Made by a program: the position numbers and the translations under genes. From contig NC_058370.1 in NCBI RefSeq assembly GCF_018350175.1, positions 100,068,001 to 100,132,000 on the forward strand: DNA of 64,000 nucleotides, given 5' to 3'. The notes below the pieces were generated by a model that had not been told where the DNA came from, did no database searches, and was given only the letters and a program-made list of their open reading frames with translations. Origin of the DNA: Felis catus (Eukaryota). Shown in pieces: positions 1 through 12,540 of this stretch (position 1 is the stretch's first letter; each line of letters opens with the position of its first letter).

Positions 1-30
1 AGACTAGTCATCTCCTCGGACAATACCAGT
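1..30 (-). CDS. GGCX: GGCX exon 7 (5' fragment)
   Basis: ctctacag| acceptor then (K)[10 protein letters not shown]; cut by the window edge. Confidence 0.88.
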
Positions 31-564
31 CTGTAGAGACCAGGAACAAAGGTCAGGCACCAGCCCACTGGAGAACCCAGCATTCACAGCAAACTCCACC
101 CTGTCCTTGCCAAAGGATGTACCATAGCAGGTGGGTAGAACTCTGCACAAAGACACCCTATGGGAGTTTCCAACCCCTTTTCATTTCCACGCACTTTAGC
201 GGTTCAATTTTTTTCCACATGCCCTATGTAATAAGTAAGGGCAGACTCCACAGAGCAAATTTGATTGAGAAGTGAGTGTACTTTGGGGAGTAGGTGTTTT
301 TTTTTAACGTTTATTTTTATTATTTTTAAAAAAGAAATTTTTTTTAATATTTATTCATTTCTGAGAGGTGGAGAGAGACACAGCATGAGTAGGGGAGGGG
401 CAGAGAGAGAGGCAGACACAGAATCCAAGGCTGGCTCCAGGCTCTGAGCTGTCAGCACAGAGCTTGATGCAGGGCTCAAACTCACAGACTGAGATCATGA
501 CCTGAGCTGAAGTCAGATGCTTAACCGACTGAGCCACCCAGATGCCCCTAATGTTTATTTTTGA

Positions 565-601
<37 letters not shown>

Positions 602-3600
602 ACACAGTATGAGTGGGGAAGGAGCAGAGAGGGAGACAGAATCCAAAGTAGGGTAAGCTGTCAGCACAGAGCCGGATACAGGGCTCGAACCTACGAACCG
701 TGAGATCATGACTTGAGCCAAAGTCTGAATCTTAACTGACTGAACCACCCAGGAGCCCCGGGAGTAGATTCTTCATGGAGTTTATAAATGAGAAGAAACT
801 GGGGTACCTGGGTGGCTCAGCTGGTTAAGAGTCCGACTTGGGCTCAGGTCATGATCTTGTGGTTCATGGGTTCCAGCCCTACATGGGGCTGAGTGCAGAG
901 CCTGCTTCTGATTCTGTCTCCCTCTCTCTGCCCCTCCTCCCCAGCTCATTCTCTCTGTCAGAAAATAAACATTTAAGAAGGAAGAAAGGAAGGAAGGAAG
1001 GAAGGAAGGAAGGGAGGGAGGAAGGAAGGAAGGAGGGAAGGGAGGAATTTTAAAAGGTGAATGCCTGACAGGGGCACCTGGGTGGCTCAGTGGATTAAAG
1101 CATCCGACTCTTGATTTCATCTCAGGTCACGATCCCACGGTTCATGAGTTCGAGCCCTGTGTCAGGTTCCACACTGAACGTGCAGAGCCTGTTTGGGATT
1201 TTTCTCTCTCTCCTTCTCTCTCTGCCCTTCCTGTGCAAGCGCTCACTCTTTCTCAAAATAAATAAACATACTTAAAAAAATAAAAAAATAAAAAGTGAAT
1301 GCCTAACATAATAAAGTCAAACTTTTGGAACTGGGAAAGAACAGGGAAAAAGAAAGAATAAAGTAAAAGAGGCAAGGAAAAACAGAAGGAAAGGAGAATT
1401 CAAGAGAGGCAAACCTCCATTTTCTAAAGAGCAACAATGATTTGTCAGGGCAGGGTCGCTGACTGTCCATCTATGTACACTGGCTGAGGAGTCCCGGCGA
1501 GAGGCCGGGGCGGCAACACAAGGCACCACCTATGGCGGCTGCAGGGAGCACGGACTCATTCACCAACTCACTTCATTCTGACTTTCGTCTTTTAGTTTGT
1601 TCCCTTTGTTCTTGCCCAGGGACAGGTAGGCCTAGATCTTTCGGTATCACTGACTCTGCCTTCTGCTGAATAGGAAGATGAGTGGCCAGAGGAAAGCATG
1701 TGGCAAATTCAGGCAAAGCAGGGAGGGCAGTTGTTACCATAAGCCTGGGGGAGGTGAGTCACCTGCTGTGTACCTGTGCCTCCACGANNNNNNNNNNNNN
1801 NNNNNNNNNNNNNNNNNNNNNNNNNNNNNNNNNNNNNNNNNNNNNNNNNNNNNNNNNNNNNNNNNNNNNNNNNNNNNNNNNNNNNNNNNNNNNNNNNNNN
1901 NNNNNNNNNNNNNNNNNNNNNNNNNNNNNNNNNNNCAAAACGAACGTTCAAACAAAAAAAAGAACCCCGTTTTCTACAGACTACTGGCAATAACACAAGT
2001 TCTGATCTGAGTTCAGGGCCTAAGGAAGATTAGATTCACTCAACTGGGATAGTCACTCATCCAACAAGTATTTATTGACATTCTACCAACGCCAGGCACA
2101 GTATTAGGTACCAAAGAAAGTCATGAAGCATATATCTCTCATAAGGATGTCAATCTAGCAGGGATAAAGCTCTATTCTTTCCATGACAAGGTAAGAGAAC
2201 CCAGAGACTAGGGGACTGGGAACAACAGAAGAGGCGGCCTAGCTTTCCAGCAAAAGGAATCCAAGGAGGCAGAGAACAGTGGGGTCTGGCAGCAGGATGC
2301 CCACACTGACAGTGGGTATCAAAGATCACCTCCCTCTTTCCTCAAATCCTGTACCTGGCCCCGCAGCACAGCATAGTTCCAAAGGGGCACGTGGGCATTC
2401 CGCTTACGGGCATTCAGCAGGCCGTCCACAGACCTACACGAAGAGAAGCAAGCAGTAAGGAGAGCTTCTTAGTCCAGCACATTTCCACCTTTCTTTTTAA
2501 ATGTAATAACCTCTCTATCCCAGGAAGTCTTCCCATATCCTCTTAGGTTCTCCGGGCTATTCTAAAGGTCTTTTAGAATTACATGAGCAAATTTAACAGT
2601 GACTAGGTCATGACAGAAATGTTACTAGTGAGTGATAATGACAAAGAGTTCAGTGTTTACCATTAGTTAGTAAATTAGTTTGTCCTAATGGAACAAATCA
2701 GGGAAGGGACCATAGTGCTAGAATATGACTGAATTTGAAAAAGAATGAATTTGAGAAGAACGGTTGAAAAGCTAAAGGTATATGTAAACATATACTGCAT
2801 TGAAAAAAAAAATTCCAAAATCCAAGACAAACTGACATTTCATAGACCTAGATGCCAGGATGTAGTGCTGGAGGGTACCTGCTAACAGCTACCTTGGGAG
2901 AGATACCCAAGACACTAAGACTAGATGTATTCTAGCGAGGCAGCAGCAAAAAGGTTTTCAAGAACACAATGAATGAGCACAGAAGTTGGGGAAGGGGCAG
3001 TTTACACTTGTGGTCAAGAGCACTGCAGTCTGTAGTTAAGGAGACCTGGATTCTCACTTGTGCCTCTTAGCCTGGTGGGTGACCTTAGGCCAATCCTTCC
3101 CTATGCCTTAGTTTCCTCATTTATAAATAGAACAGCACTATAGACCTCATGGCATTGTAATGAGGAAAAATTTAAAGTATTTAGTATAGTGTCTGGCCAT
3201 GTGCAAAGCTTTCAGTAAAGGATAGGTATTTTTTCAAATTGTGTAAAAATTATAAAAATGAATCTTTTCAGGAGTATTCTGTCAAAACTGTCTTAATTTT
3301 ATATGATCAGAGCTGGCTATTTTGAATGAATTTAAAGATTTACCAAAGGGGCATCTGTATGTTATATTAATAAATGAAAGTTAATTAATGACTGATAAAT
3401 CAGTAACACACTCAACATTTGAGATTTTTTTTCCCTATACCCATCTTACTGACATTTCATATTTGCATATTTGCTTTCACTTAATGGGGAGGATCCCTAG
3501 AGATCATCCGCCCTGCCACCCTGTCTCCAAATCCCTTCACCACCTCCCATGAAAGATGGTCGCCTAAGCCGGAGGTGGGGGAGGGTTACCTCCTCCCAGG

Positions 3601-6433
3601 ACAGCACTGCTGAGCGGCCCTGATGGGCCCTCTCCTTCTGATATGACTCTGCCTCACAGCAACCGCTACTCTTGGCTCTAACTCTGCCCCCCTGGGCTCA
3701 CACAGAGAAAGTCTGCTCCCTCTTCCACATGACCACCCTTGAGGTATCTGAAAACATCTATGTCTGGCTTTAGTCTTCTCTTCTTCTAAGAGGATTACAG
3801 GAAATGGATAGATCAAGGCACCTGGGGAGATACGGAAAGAGTGGAGGGTTGGGAATGGAGCCATTTTCCTTTTTGTCATCCCAAGTGCCCCAACTCACTG
3901 ATCCTTCCCCCTCCCGAATTCATCCGAATCAAAATGTGACCCTGTAACCACACTTTGCAAAGCACGGTTGAAAATATGCTTGCTGGGGCAAATTCTAGGA
4001 CCTCACTGGGCCCCTATCACCAGTAACCATCCTGACCCAGCCAACCCTTCCCCCTTTCCCCTAGACTCATACCAGTAGTGGTTCGCATCCATGAATGTCA
4101 GCTGAAANNNNNNNNNNNNNNNNNNNNNNNNNNNNNNNNNNNNNNNNNNNNNNNNNNNNNNNNNNNNNNNNNNNNNNNNNNNNNNNNNNNNNNNNNNNNN
4201 NNNNNNNNNNNNNNNNNNNNNNNNNNNNNNNNNNNNNNNNNNNNNNNNNNNNNNNNNNNNNNNAGAGGTCAGAGGGTCACCACAGGCCCAGCTCCCCTGG
4301 GACAGGCTGTGGGTGGGATCAAGAAAAGTCATAGGACATCTTATCATCGGGTAAAACTAAATGAAAATTAAATGTTACTCTAATATTTTAAAAAGACTTA
4401 TGGGATCACAGCTCAGACGACACACAGGTCAGCAAGATGAAATTATGAATCACAGCAGAAGTGAAATAATGAACCCAAGACTTTGGTCATTCACCAGCAT
4501 GCTTTGTATTTCTTTGTTTTGGGTAGGCCAGGTAATACTCCCATCTCTCCCACACTTTCCCTCACCCAGAAACATGATGGTATAGACAAGATACATCCAG
4601 TCAAGTGGTAGTGGCTGCAGGGCATCCAGCAAGGGGAAGCGGCACACCTCCAGCCCATCCAGGTATCTTCGGTCTAGGGAGCTGAGCCCCCGTTCCTGGG
4701 GAATGTCCAACACCATCATCAGCCCTGAGAAGGTAGTCAAGGAGGGGCCGTTAGGCTTCAGCAAAGGAAGAGGTGGAATACACTGGAATACAGTGGAATG
4801 CACCCAGCTCCAGGGTCAGACTTCTTACCTAACCCTGGCTCTGCCACTCACTCATTCCCTCAACTATAATTACTGAGTGCCTACTCTGTGCTAGGCATTA
4901 TGCCGGTTATGTGATCTCAGACGGCCACCGCACCTCACTGAGCTAATTCTTCATTCCCTATTTGAGAAAGGGGCTCATCTTTTACAGGGTTACAAAGAAG
5001 ATTAAATGAGAAGTGTACAAAACACTATAAATACTGTTTAGGTTTTGATAACTTAAAGTCTGTCCTACGAGGCATAGAAAGTGTTCTAGGGTGGTGCTTC
5101 TCAAACTTTTTCACTTCCTAGCACACCCAGAATATAGTACTTGGCTTACACACTAGAGCAAACAAAAGCAGCTACTCAGGTCAGGAGGACAGTTCCAGTT
5201 TAGGCAGGGTTTCTCAACCTCGGGACAATCACATTTTAGTCTGGTTAATTATTTGCTGGGAGGGGCTCTCCTGTGCACCATTAGGTCACAGCATCCCTGG
5301 CTCCTAAGTACACACCGGTCCGTGGCCAACTACTTCCTCTTCCCCCAAGTTGTGACAAATAAAAATGTCTCCTGGACAGCAAAACTGCCACCAGTTGAGA
5401 ACCACTGGGCTAAGGGGATGGATATCTCAGCACATCTGTAACCCGTTCCAAGCATCCTTGTGTGGCCTATGAGTTAGGAAACTCTGGATTCAGGATTCAC
5501 AGCCAAAATGTCTGCCCTGTCACCTAGCCATTTCTCTGAGGTCTAGTCCTCACTATAGTTACTGGGCAACTTCATGCCACAAGCAAAATGGGTCTCTGTT
5601 CCTCTGCCTCTGTATTTCCTATGACCTCAGATCAAAGGATTTCTGGCCTCCAAACCCTAATCAGAGGAGACAAAGCTGGATTTGATCCTAAACTCCACAA
5701 AGATCTCTTCCAGGATATCAGTATCTTCAGCTCTAAGGAAAAGGGAGGCAAATCACTAAGTAACCAAGAAATGCACAAAGGAGGATTGTTATTCTCTCAC
5801 CCAGCACCACACTGGCCCCTCCCAGAAACCAGACTTACCAAAGAGAAAACGGAAGACCGCCAGGCTGGCAGGATCCGTTGGTCGGTTCAGCAGGGTCACC
5901 AGCCTCCCCCAGCTGGAAACATCTGTCCACTCAAAACCCAAGAGTTTCGCCATTCCGCTGCCCTGACTGGGCCCCGAAGTCCGTCCAGCCTTGTCTTTCT
6001 GTACTTTATCTGCAAACAACAGAGAAAGCGTGTGTGCAGGTGTGGGGATGGAAGTGCTTTAAAATCGACTTCTCCCCAAATCACAGAAATCACAGCCCCA
6101 ACAGCCCCAGGGTTTCTGCCTACCAGGTCATCCTACAGATTCCTAAGTACTCCAACACCCTTGCAGTGCAACCCCTCCTCTGGATCTTCCAATGCCCCAG
6201 AACCTCTCGCGCCCTGAGTGTCATCATCAGCTCAAATCCTCGGACTGCAGTCTCTCTCTACAAGCTCCTTCCGAACAGAGGCCCCCTTCCCGGGGACCCA
6301 CAGGGCAGTGCTACCGCCCCCGCCCCCGCCCCTCTGACACCAGCGTCCCTCTCTCTCTCTCTGTGCCGCAGGGGAGGACTCTGAGCCTACGTGAGTCTGA
6401 CGGGGCCCTCGCGGACCGGGCAGACACCGCCAT
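1..6433 (-). CDS. GGCX: Vitamin K-dependent gamma-glutamyl carboxylase, 5' part (coding exons 1-7; gene continues left of the window)
   Basis: Spliced minus-strand frame [14 protein letters not shown]|[13 protein letters not shown]...[15 protein letters not shown]|[24 protein letters not shown]...|...[12 protein letters not shown]|[26 protein letters not shown]|(masked)|[10 protein letters not shown] matches GGCX as recalled. Exons 6391-6433, 5839-6009, 4566-4724, 4073-~4238, 2355-2433, one inside N-run 1788-1935, and 1-30; all visible junctions are GT-AG. Confidence 0.97.
566..606. repeat. (CA)n microsatellite
   Basis: About 20 CA units within a SINE linker. Confidence 0.95.
978..1045. repeat. 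(GGAA)n-type purine repeat
   Basis: Imperfect GGAA/GGGA units. Confidence 0.9.
1788..1935 (-). CDS. GGCX: GGCX exon 6 (inferred, entirely inside the N-run)
   Basis: No IFIVYFIAG-type exon is visible between exons 5 and 7, and a minus-strand T-rich tract (plus 1936-1965) abuts the N-run. Inference only. Confidence 0.6.
2355..2433 (-). CDS. GGCX: GGCX exon 5 (79 nt)
   Basis: gtgtag| acceptor and CAG|gtacag donor; [26 protein letters not shown]. Confidence 0.96.
4073..4238 (-). CDS. GGCX: GGCX exon 4 (mostly under N-run 4108-4263; start inferred)
   Basis: Visible 3' end [12 protein letters not shown] followed by |gtatga. Start placed by assuming the human 166-nt exon length. Confidence 0.8.
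4566..4724 (-). CDS. GGCX: GGCX exon 3 (159 nt)
   Basis: ttctcag| acceptor and |gtgag donor; [12 protein letters not shown]...YTIMFL. Confidence 0.96.
5204..5408 (-). mobile_element. MER20-like hAT-Charlie non-autonomous DNA transposon
   Basis: Inverted termini CAGGGTTTCTCAAC...GTTGAGAACCACTG and internal GTTGTGACAAATAAAAATGTCTCC. Family name from recall. Confidence 0.7.
5839..6009 (-). CDS. GGCX: GGCX exon 2 (171 nt)
   Basis: tttgcag| acceptor and |gtaagt donor; KVQKDKAG...AVFRFLF. Confidence 0.96.
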
Positions 6434-6750
6434 GGCTCCAAGGAGGTAACACCGACACAGACGCGGCGCGGGAGCAAGGCGCGTCCGACGGATCACTTCC
6501 CTGAGCCCCGCCTCCCCGACACATCAGCACGCGCGCGGCTGGCCGCAAAGCGCCGGGACTGTCGTGGAGGGCTTTGGCCAGCTGCGCCGGCTCCCTGCTT
6601 GGCGGCAAAGGGAGGAGCGAAGAGCCTCAGTGCAAGCGAGCCAGCGCCTCAGCGGGCGTCGCCTTGCTTTGTGACAGAGGAGGGGTGAGGATGCCCTAGA
6701 CCCGCCTCGTTTCAGCCGCCAGACCTGTCTCTCCCCCGAAGCGTTCCGAA
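6230..6750 (-). promoter_or_regulatory. GGCX CpG-island promoter
   Basis: CpG-rich stretch around the ATG; ETS core (CACTTCC ~6494) and GC box (CCCCGCCTCC ~6506); no TATA. Confidence 0.7.
6391..6433 (-). CDS. GGCX: GGCX coding exon 1 (43 nt)
   Basis: gccATGG Kozak at 6433; donor C|gtaggc; inside a CpG island. Confidence 0.93.
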
Positions 6751-7389
6751 ACCCCTCTATGCCTTCAGCCTTAAGATATCTCGGAATTCTGGCAACTTCC
6801 CTGGGCTCCTCCCGCCCCCATTAGGCGTCTCCAGGTGATGGTGTCCCTGCGGTGCTCCCAGACATGAGGGATGCGGGCGCAAATGTCAGACTGTTCCCCA
6901 GAAAGGTTGACCTCTGAGTTGAGGACACACCTCGAAGGGCTATCCCGGCATAGGGAGAGGGTGCAAGTTACTTTATTCTCTCTTCCGGTACCTGCCAGGG
7001 ACCAGAGGTTTGAAATCAGCTGGGGAAGCGCACAACTGCAGAGGGGATGTACAATATGGGCAGTGTGTAGATAAAGTGTGGTCGATCAGGGAGGATTCCT
7101 AGAGAGGTGAGGCTTGACCATCACTGTAATATCTATTTACTGCGCTGGGATTGGCCAACTGCATCACTGGACGGCATCCTAGAACAGCGGTTCTCACATT
7201 GTTTTGGTCTCAGGACACTTTGACTCAGCTGCACATTATTGAGAACCCTAAAGAGCTTTTATTTACGTGGGTTTTCTTTTTCCACGTTTACCATATTAGA
7301 AATGTACACTGAGAAATGTTTAAAATATGTATTGATTCGCTTAAAAAGACAGAAATAAACCCATTATACGTTTACATAAATAACATTTT

Positions 7390-7562
7390 AAAAAATGTTT
7401 ATGTTTGAAAGAGACAGCTGGGAAGGGGCGGGTAGAGAAGATCTAAAGCAGGCTCCCCGCTGACAGCAGAGAGCCCCATGTGGGCGCTGGAATTCATGAA
7501 CTGTGAGATCATGACCTGAGCCGAAGTCAGATGCTGAGCAGACTGAGCCACCAAGGTGCCCC
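7390..7562 (-). mobile_element. Can-SINE
   Basis: GAGATCATGACCTGAGCCGAAGTC...GGTGCCCC core. Confidence 0.85.
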
Positions 7563-8284
7563 TACAGAAATAACGTTTTTATGCAAAAAGTATATTTCCC
7601 ACAAAAAGTTACACAAGTAACACTACTACTACAGTAGTACTGTATTGTTTTACATGCAAATCTCTTTAATGTGTGCCTTAATTGGAAACAGCTAGATTCT
7701 CCTATCTGCTTCTGGATTTGATCTGGTGTTGAATGAAGTATATGAAGGAATTCTGGCCTCATAGATACTCAGTTGTAAAAGGAAAAAAAAAACATTTTAA
7801 TAACTTTTTTAGATAATTGTGGGTCTCCATCTTTGATACCTCACCTAAACTTAAAACTGGTAGTTTTTTAAAGGTTAGTTTGATGTGGGCTCTGAAACCA
7901 GATCAATGAACTTTTATGCTTTGTTACATTAAATCACGGTATATCTTATACTTTGAATGGACCTTTTACAAAATCATGCATTTAGTCATTTGGAAAACAT
8001 TGTTTCACTGAGTTATGCTGCTCTTCCAAATTCAGAGTCTTTTAAATGTTGGGAAGCTGCCAAGCTCACAGTGGCAGATACAAGTTTTCCAAAACTTTAA
8101 TTTTCACTTGAAAGCTCAAATTTTATCATTGGCAACAAATGCTATCTATTGTTTTCCTTTAAGGAACAGTCACACTCCTTTCTTTTTTCAAAAACTATCT
8201 GCCAAATGTGCCAGTTGGAATAACCGTAGTCTGTCCAATATCCTCAAGTAAAATGATGTTTCATTTTTTTAAAAAGAAAGAAAA

Positions 8285-8478
8285 GGGGTGCCTGGGTGAC
8301 TCAGTTAAGCGTCCCACTCTAGATCTCAACTCAGGTCATGATCTCCTGATTCGTGAGATTGAGTCCCACATTGGGCTCTGTGCTGACAGTGTGGAGCCTG
8401 CTTGAGATTCTCTCCCTCCCTCTCTGCCCCTCCCCCGTACATGCTTCCTCTCTGTCTCTCTGAAAATAAATAAAAAAG
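8285..8478 (+). mobile_element. Can-SINE
   Basis: GGGGTGCCTGGGTGACTCAG head, CT linker, AATAAA tail. Confidence 0.88.
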
Positions 8479-8529
8479 ACTTTTTTTTCTCATGAAAAAA
8501 AAGTCTTAAAGAAAAAAACAAAGATACCC

Positions 8530-9365
8530 AACATCTTATTTTATTAGGGAATTGCAAATTAAAACAACGAGAGAATTATCAGAATGGTTGAAATCCAAAG
8601 CACCACCACCAACTAATGCTGGCGAAGACGTGGAACAACAGGAAGTCTACTTCATTGCTGATAGGAATGCAAAAAGGTATATAGCCCCTTTGGAAAAACA
8701 GTTTAGAAGTTTCTTAACAAAACTAAACATGGTTTTCCCATGTGATCCAGCAGTTGTGCTCCTTGGCATTTACCCAAATGAAAAGTTATGCCCACACAAA
8801 AGCTGTGCCCAANNNNNNNNNNNNNNNNNNNNNNNNNNNNNNNNNNNNNNNNNNNNNNNNNNNNNNNNNNNNNNNNNNNNNNNNNNNNNNNNNNNNNNNN
8901 NNNNNNNNNNNNNNNNNNNNNNNNNNNNNNNNNNNNNNNNNNNNNNNNNNNNNNNNNNNNNNNNNCCTTAAATGCCTATCCCTAGGTGAAAGAAACCAAT
9001 CTGAAAAGGCTATATATGGTATGACCCAAACTGATAACCCTGGAAAAGACAAAACTGGTTTTAAGGCAAAAGATATGTCGTTGCCAGGAANNNNNNNNNN
9101 NNNNNNNNNNNNNNNNNNNNNNNNNNNNNNNNNNNNNNNNNNNNNNNNNNNNNNNNNNNNNNNNNNNNNNNNNNNNNNNNNNNNNNNNNNNNNNNNNNNN
9201 NNNNNNNNNNNNNNNNNNNNNNNNNNNNNNNAGTTAAACTGTGGGCTTTGTTAATAATAGTGTATTGATATTAGCTCATCAATTGTAACAAATATACCAC
9301 ACTAATGCAAGATGTTAATAATGGGAGAAAAATGGGAGAGGGCTAAGAGGTGTATGGGAGTTGTC
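8530..9365 (+). mobile_element. Ancient L1 3' fragment (L1MC-like), partly N-masked
   Basis: Decayed ORF2 C-terminus (MQIKTT...PAVVLLGIYP) and L1M 3' UTR (TGTAACAAATATACCACACTAATGCAAGATGTTAATAA). Confidence 0.8.
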
Positions 9366-9530
9366 ACATTTTAACTACACAAGTGGTTTTTCTTAGAACA
9401 ACTGTGAGACGGCCGTCATCCTTGGGTATGCAAGGCGCTGTGTGCATATTTCCCATTTCTTCACCCAAAATAGTAAAGGATGTGTACCCCAGTGTCAAGC
9501 ATTAATAAAATTAATAATTTATACTGCTTC

Positions 9531-9736
9531 AGGGTGCCTGGGTGACTTAGTTGGTTAAGCATCCAACTCTTGATTTAGGCTCAGGTCATGATCTCATGGT
9601 TCATGGGTTCAACCCCACCACGTCAGGCTCTGCGCTGACAGTGTGAAGCCTGCTTGGGATTATCTTCTCTCCCTCTCTCTCTGCCCTTCCCCTGCTTGTG
9701 TGTGCATTCTCTCTCAAAATAAATTAAAAAAAAAAA
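9531..9736 (+). mobile_element. Can-SINE
   Basis: Typical head, CT linker and A tail. Confidence 0.88.
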
Positions 9737-10280
9737 TGTGTACTGCTTCACTAGGGATGTCCTTAATTGAAAATGGCATTATTTGAAAATGCAAGTGCAC
9801 AGCAGGGAGGAATACAATGACTACTACAATTTGGTGTCTCATTCCTGCTAAGTTGCCAACAATTTTATTACCCATGGTTGCTTTTGTATCATCAGTGCAA
9901 ATTGCTTTTGTATCAGTGCAAATGGCAACATAATTAAAAGGACAAATAATGGATCCATATTATTACAAAGGTAGTTTTGTTCTTGAAGACCCCAGAGTTT
10001 TGTGGACCATGTGTTGAGAACAATTATCCTAAAGGGAAGGAATGTCAGAAATAGATGTAAAAGTAGGGATTACTAGGGACAGATGTGTTTGGCAGGTAGA
10101 ATCACTGGGCTAACTGTTCCTGCGGCTGACGGTCTGGCCCACTTCTAGGTTATCCTAACAGACAGCGTAGGCCAAGTCACTTTGGAAGCCATTGATCTAT
10201 TTATAGGGGGGAATCACTTAATCTGCTGTCAGCCCCAGTCCAAGTGAATTTGGTGTGGGTTGGAAAGTTTGGGGTAGCTC

Positions 10281-10502
10281 TTTTTTTTTTTTTTTTTCAA
10301 CGTTTATTTTTTTTTGGGACAGAGAGAGAGACAGAGCATGAACGGGGGAGGGGCAGAGAGAGAGGGAGACACAGAATCGGAAACAGGCTCCAGGCTCTGA
10401 GCCATCAGCCCAGAGCCTGACGCGGGGCTCGAACTCACGGACCGCGAGATCGTGACCTGGCTGAAGTCGGACGCTTAACCGACTGCGCCACCCAGGTGCC
10501 CC
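10281..10502 (-). mobile_element. Young felid SINE (SINEC_Fc-like)
   Basis: CpG-intact body, long poly(T), 13-bp TSD TGGG(G/C)TAGCTCTT. Confidence 0.92.
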
Positions 10503-10714
10503 TGGGCTAGCTCTTCTAAGACCACTCAAATTAGATGGTTCCATTAAATTCAGCAATTATGATCTGTTATGTGACAAGAACTGTACAGGTTACAGAGAAA
10601 GAAACAAATTAGTAAGCTGTGGCCTCTGTCCTCTTCCTTGAAGGACAAGGAAACATAATAATAAAAGAATATAGAAATAATAGGATAATAACAGAATATA
10701 TAAAATTCTGTGTG

Positions 10715-10918
10715 TTTTTTAAAGTTTATTTATTTTGAGAGAGAGAGTACGTGCACATGTGGGGGGGAGGGGGCAGAGAGAGGGAGGGAGAATACCAAGC
10801 AGACTCCATGCTGTCAGCACAGAGCCTAATGCGGGCTTGATCCCACAAACTGTGAGATCATGACATGAGCCAAAATCATAAGTCAGATGCGTAACATACT
10901 GAGCCACCCAGGCACCCC
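10715..10918 (-). mobile_element. Can-SINE
   Basis: Typical core; degenerate TATAAA... TSD. Confidence 0.88.
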
Positions 10919-11706
10919 TATAAAGTCCTAAGTATTAAGTGGGGTTTAAAGTACTGTGGGAGCATTGAGGAGGAAATGAATTATGACTGGAGAACTCAGG
11001 AAAGTTTTCTGAAAACGTGAGCTGGACTTTGAAGGATGAGTATAATTTTGAGAGAAAAGAGGGAAATCAAAAGTTCTTAGTAGTCTTGGGTGAACGAAGA
11101 GCATTCTGGGTAAGAGAAGTACAGCTAATAAATGAGCTGTGGTAACTCAGTACCTCTCCACCCCATGATTTTAACTTGTTTTTGTTGAAGGGGTTGATTT
11201 CCAGTTTATCCTTTCAGGACCAGTATACAAAGACCCATGCCAGTTAGCATTCGTTTATCCATAAAATGGCCCAAAATCCAGGAAAGAGATTTCTTCATGG
11301 ATCTTTTCTAATAAAAATTATCTTTTATATGCACTGGAGACAAAGAAGCCCTCTTTCAGATCTCTTGATTCAGTACCCCAAACATTAAATGAGTGCCTAC
11401 TATGGTTATGGCATATATTATTTTCTACAAGGGTACCAAAGTGAAGACATAGCCCCTATCTTCATAGAAGTTAGAGTCTTGGAGGAGTCAAATGTGTATG
11501 CAGCTAATGGCAAAGCGTATTATAGATTCTATAAAAGATAAAATAATGGAGATCAGAAGAGGAAGAAGTTAACTTCAACGGGGAAATCTTGAAGGCTTCA
11601 CGCAAGCAATGTCTTAAATATGAATAGACTTAGTGATGAGTGAAGCAGGATATTTGCTCATCATAAGAAAAGTCTGCTTGAACAAAGATATAAAAGGGGA
11701 TGGTGT

Positions 11707-11917
11707 GGGGGCTCCTGGGTGGCTCAGTCAGTTGGGCGTCCGACTTTCTGCTTAGATCATGATCGCACAGTTTGTGGGTTTGAGCCCCATGTCGGGCTCT
11801 GTGCTGACAGCTGAGAGACTAGAGCCTGCTTCAGATTCTGTGTCTCCCTCTCTCTCTGCCCCTTCCCCACTCGCACTCTGTCTCTGTCTCTCTCAAAAAT
11901 AAATAAACAAAAAAAAG
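11707..11917 (+). mobile_element. Can-SINE inserted in an L2-like remnant
   Basis: Typical structure; flanked by AAAAGGGG(GG)ATGGTGT duplications. Confidence 0.88.
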
Positions 11918-12540
11918 TTTCAAAAAGGGGGGATGGTGTGTTTGAGGAAGCACATATAATTTGGTATGATTGAGGGGAGTGGGAGGTGAGTCTCATGGGA
12001 GATAAGTTTTGAAAACCAGGTTAAAAAGAATCTTGGGATGCCAAACCGGGAACTTGGGGCTTTACTCTGGGGACCAGGTGGAGCATACTCAGATCTGTGT
12101 TTGGGAAGATAACAAGCAGCCCTATGAGGAATGGATGGGAAAAGAAGGGTCAGTTTGGAGGTGGATGGAATTGTCCAGAGAGGAGATAATACTGGTGTTA
12201 CCTAGGAAGCAGGAGCTGGTGTGGAAAGGAGAGAGTGGATAGAGAGATGTGACCAAGATACAATCAAGACTTAGTGATGTCCCATTGTGGATGTAGGATG
12301 GTTTAGGGATCCCTAGCTTGGGAAACTGGGGGTTTCCCAAGAATGGGAGTACTACTACCCAGCAGGAGGAATACGGGGAAAAGATAAAGGGCTTGCTTTG
12401 ACTGTCAGAGGTGTCTGTGGAGAGGGCATTGGAGACGCGGTAGTAGCAATCGAAAGCAAGGTCAGGGCTGGAGATACAGATTTGGGGATCATCCAGAAAT
12501 GGCTGCTACAACCATAAAGCGTTGCACTTCCCTAGAGAGA

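Larger units (their letters stand above)
297..1293. mobile_element. Cluster of four Can-SINEs (two minus: ~297-548, ~549-759; two plus: ~801-975, ~1071-1293)
   Basis: tRNA-like head GGGGCACCTGGGTGGCTCAG, (CT)n linker and A-rich tail in each copy. Confidence 0.9.
7185..10026 (+). mobile_element. Old hAT DNA transposon (Arthur1-like) split by younger insertions
   Basis: Left end CAGCGGTTCTCACATTGTTTTGGTCTCAGGAC; right end GGACCATGTGTTGAGAACAATTA; degenerate 8-bp TSD TCCTAGAA / TCCTAAAG. Confidence 0.65.

Noticed and set aside
801-880. tRNA-like A/B boxes suggesting tRNA genes
   Set aside because: Heads of tRNA-derived Can-SINEs, each followed by a CT linker and A tail.
1455-1560. Small CpG patch with a CTCF-like motif in GGCX intron 6
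   Set aside because: The motif needs several mismatches in the core and I found no convincing exon frame; cannot be supported from sequence alone.
5588-6384. 209-aa and 168-aa plus-strand ORFs
   Set aside because: Antisense to GGCX exon 2 and introns; no recognisable domain or splice support.
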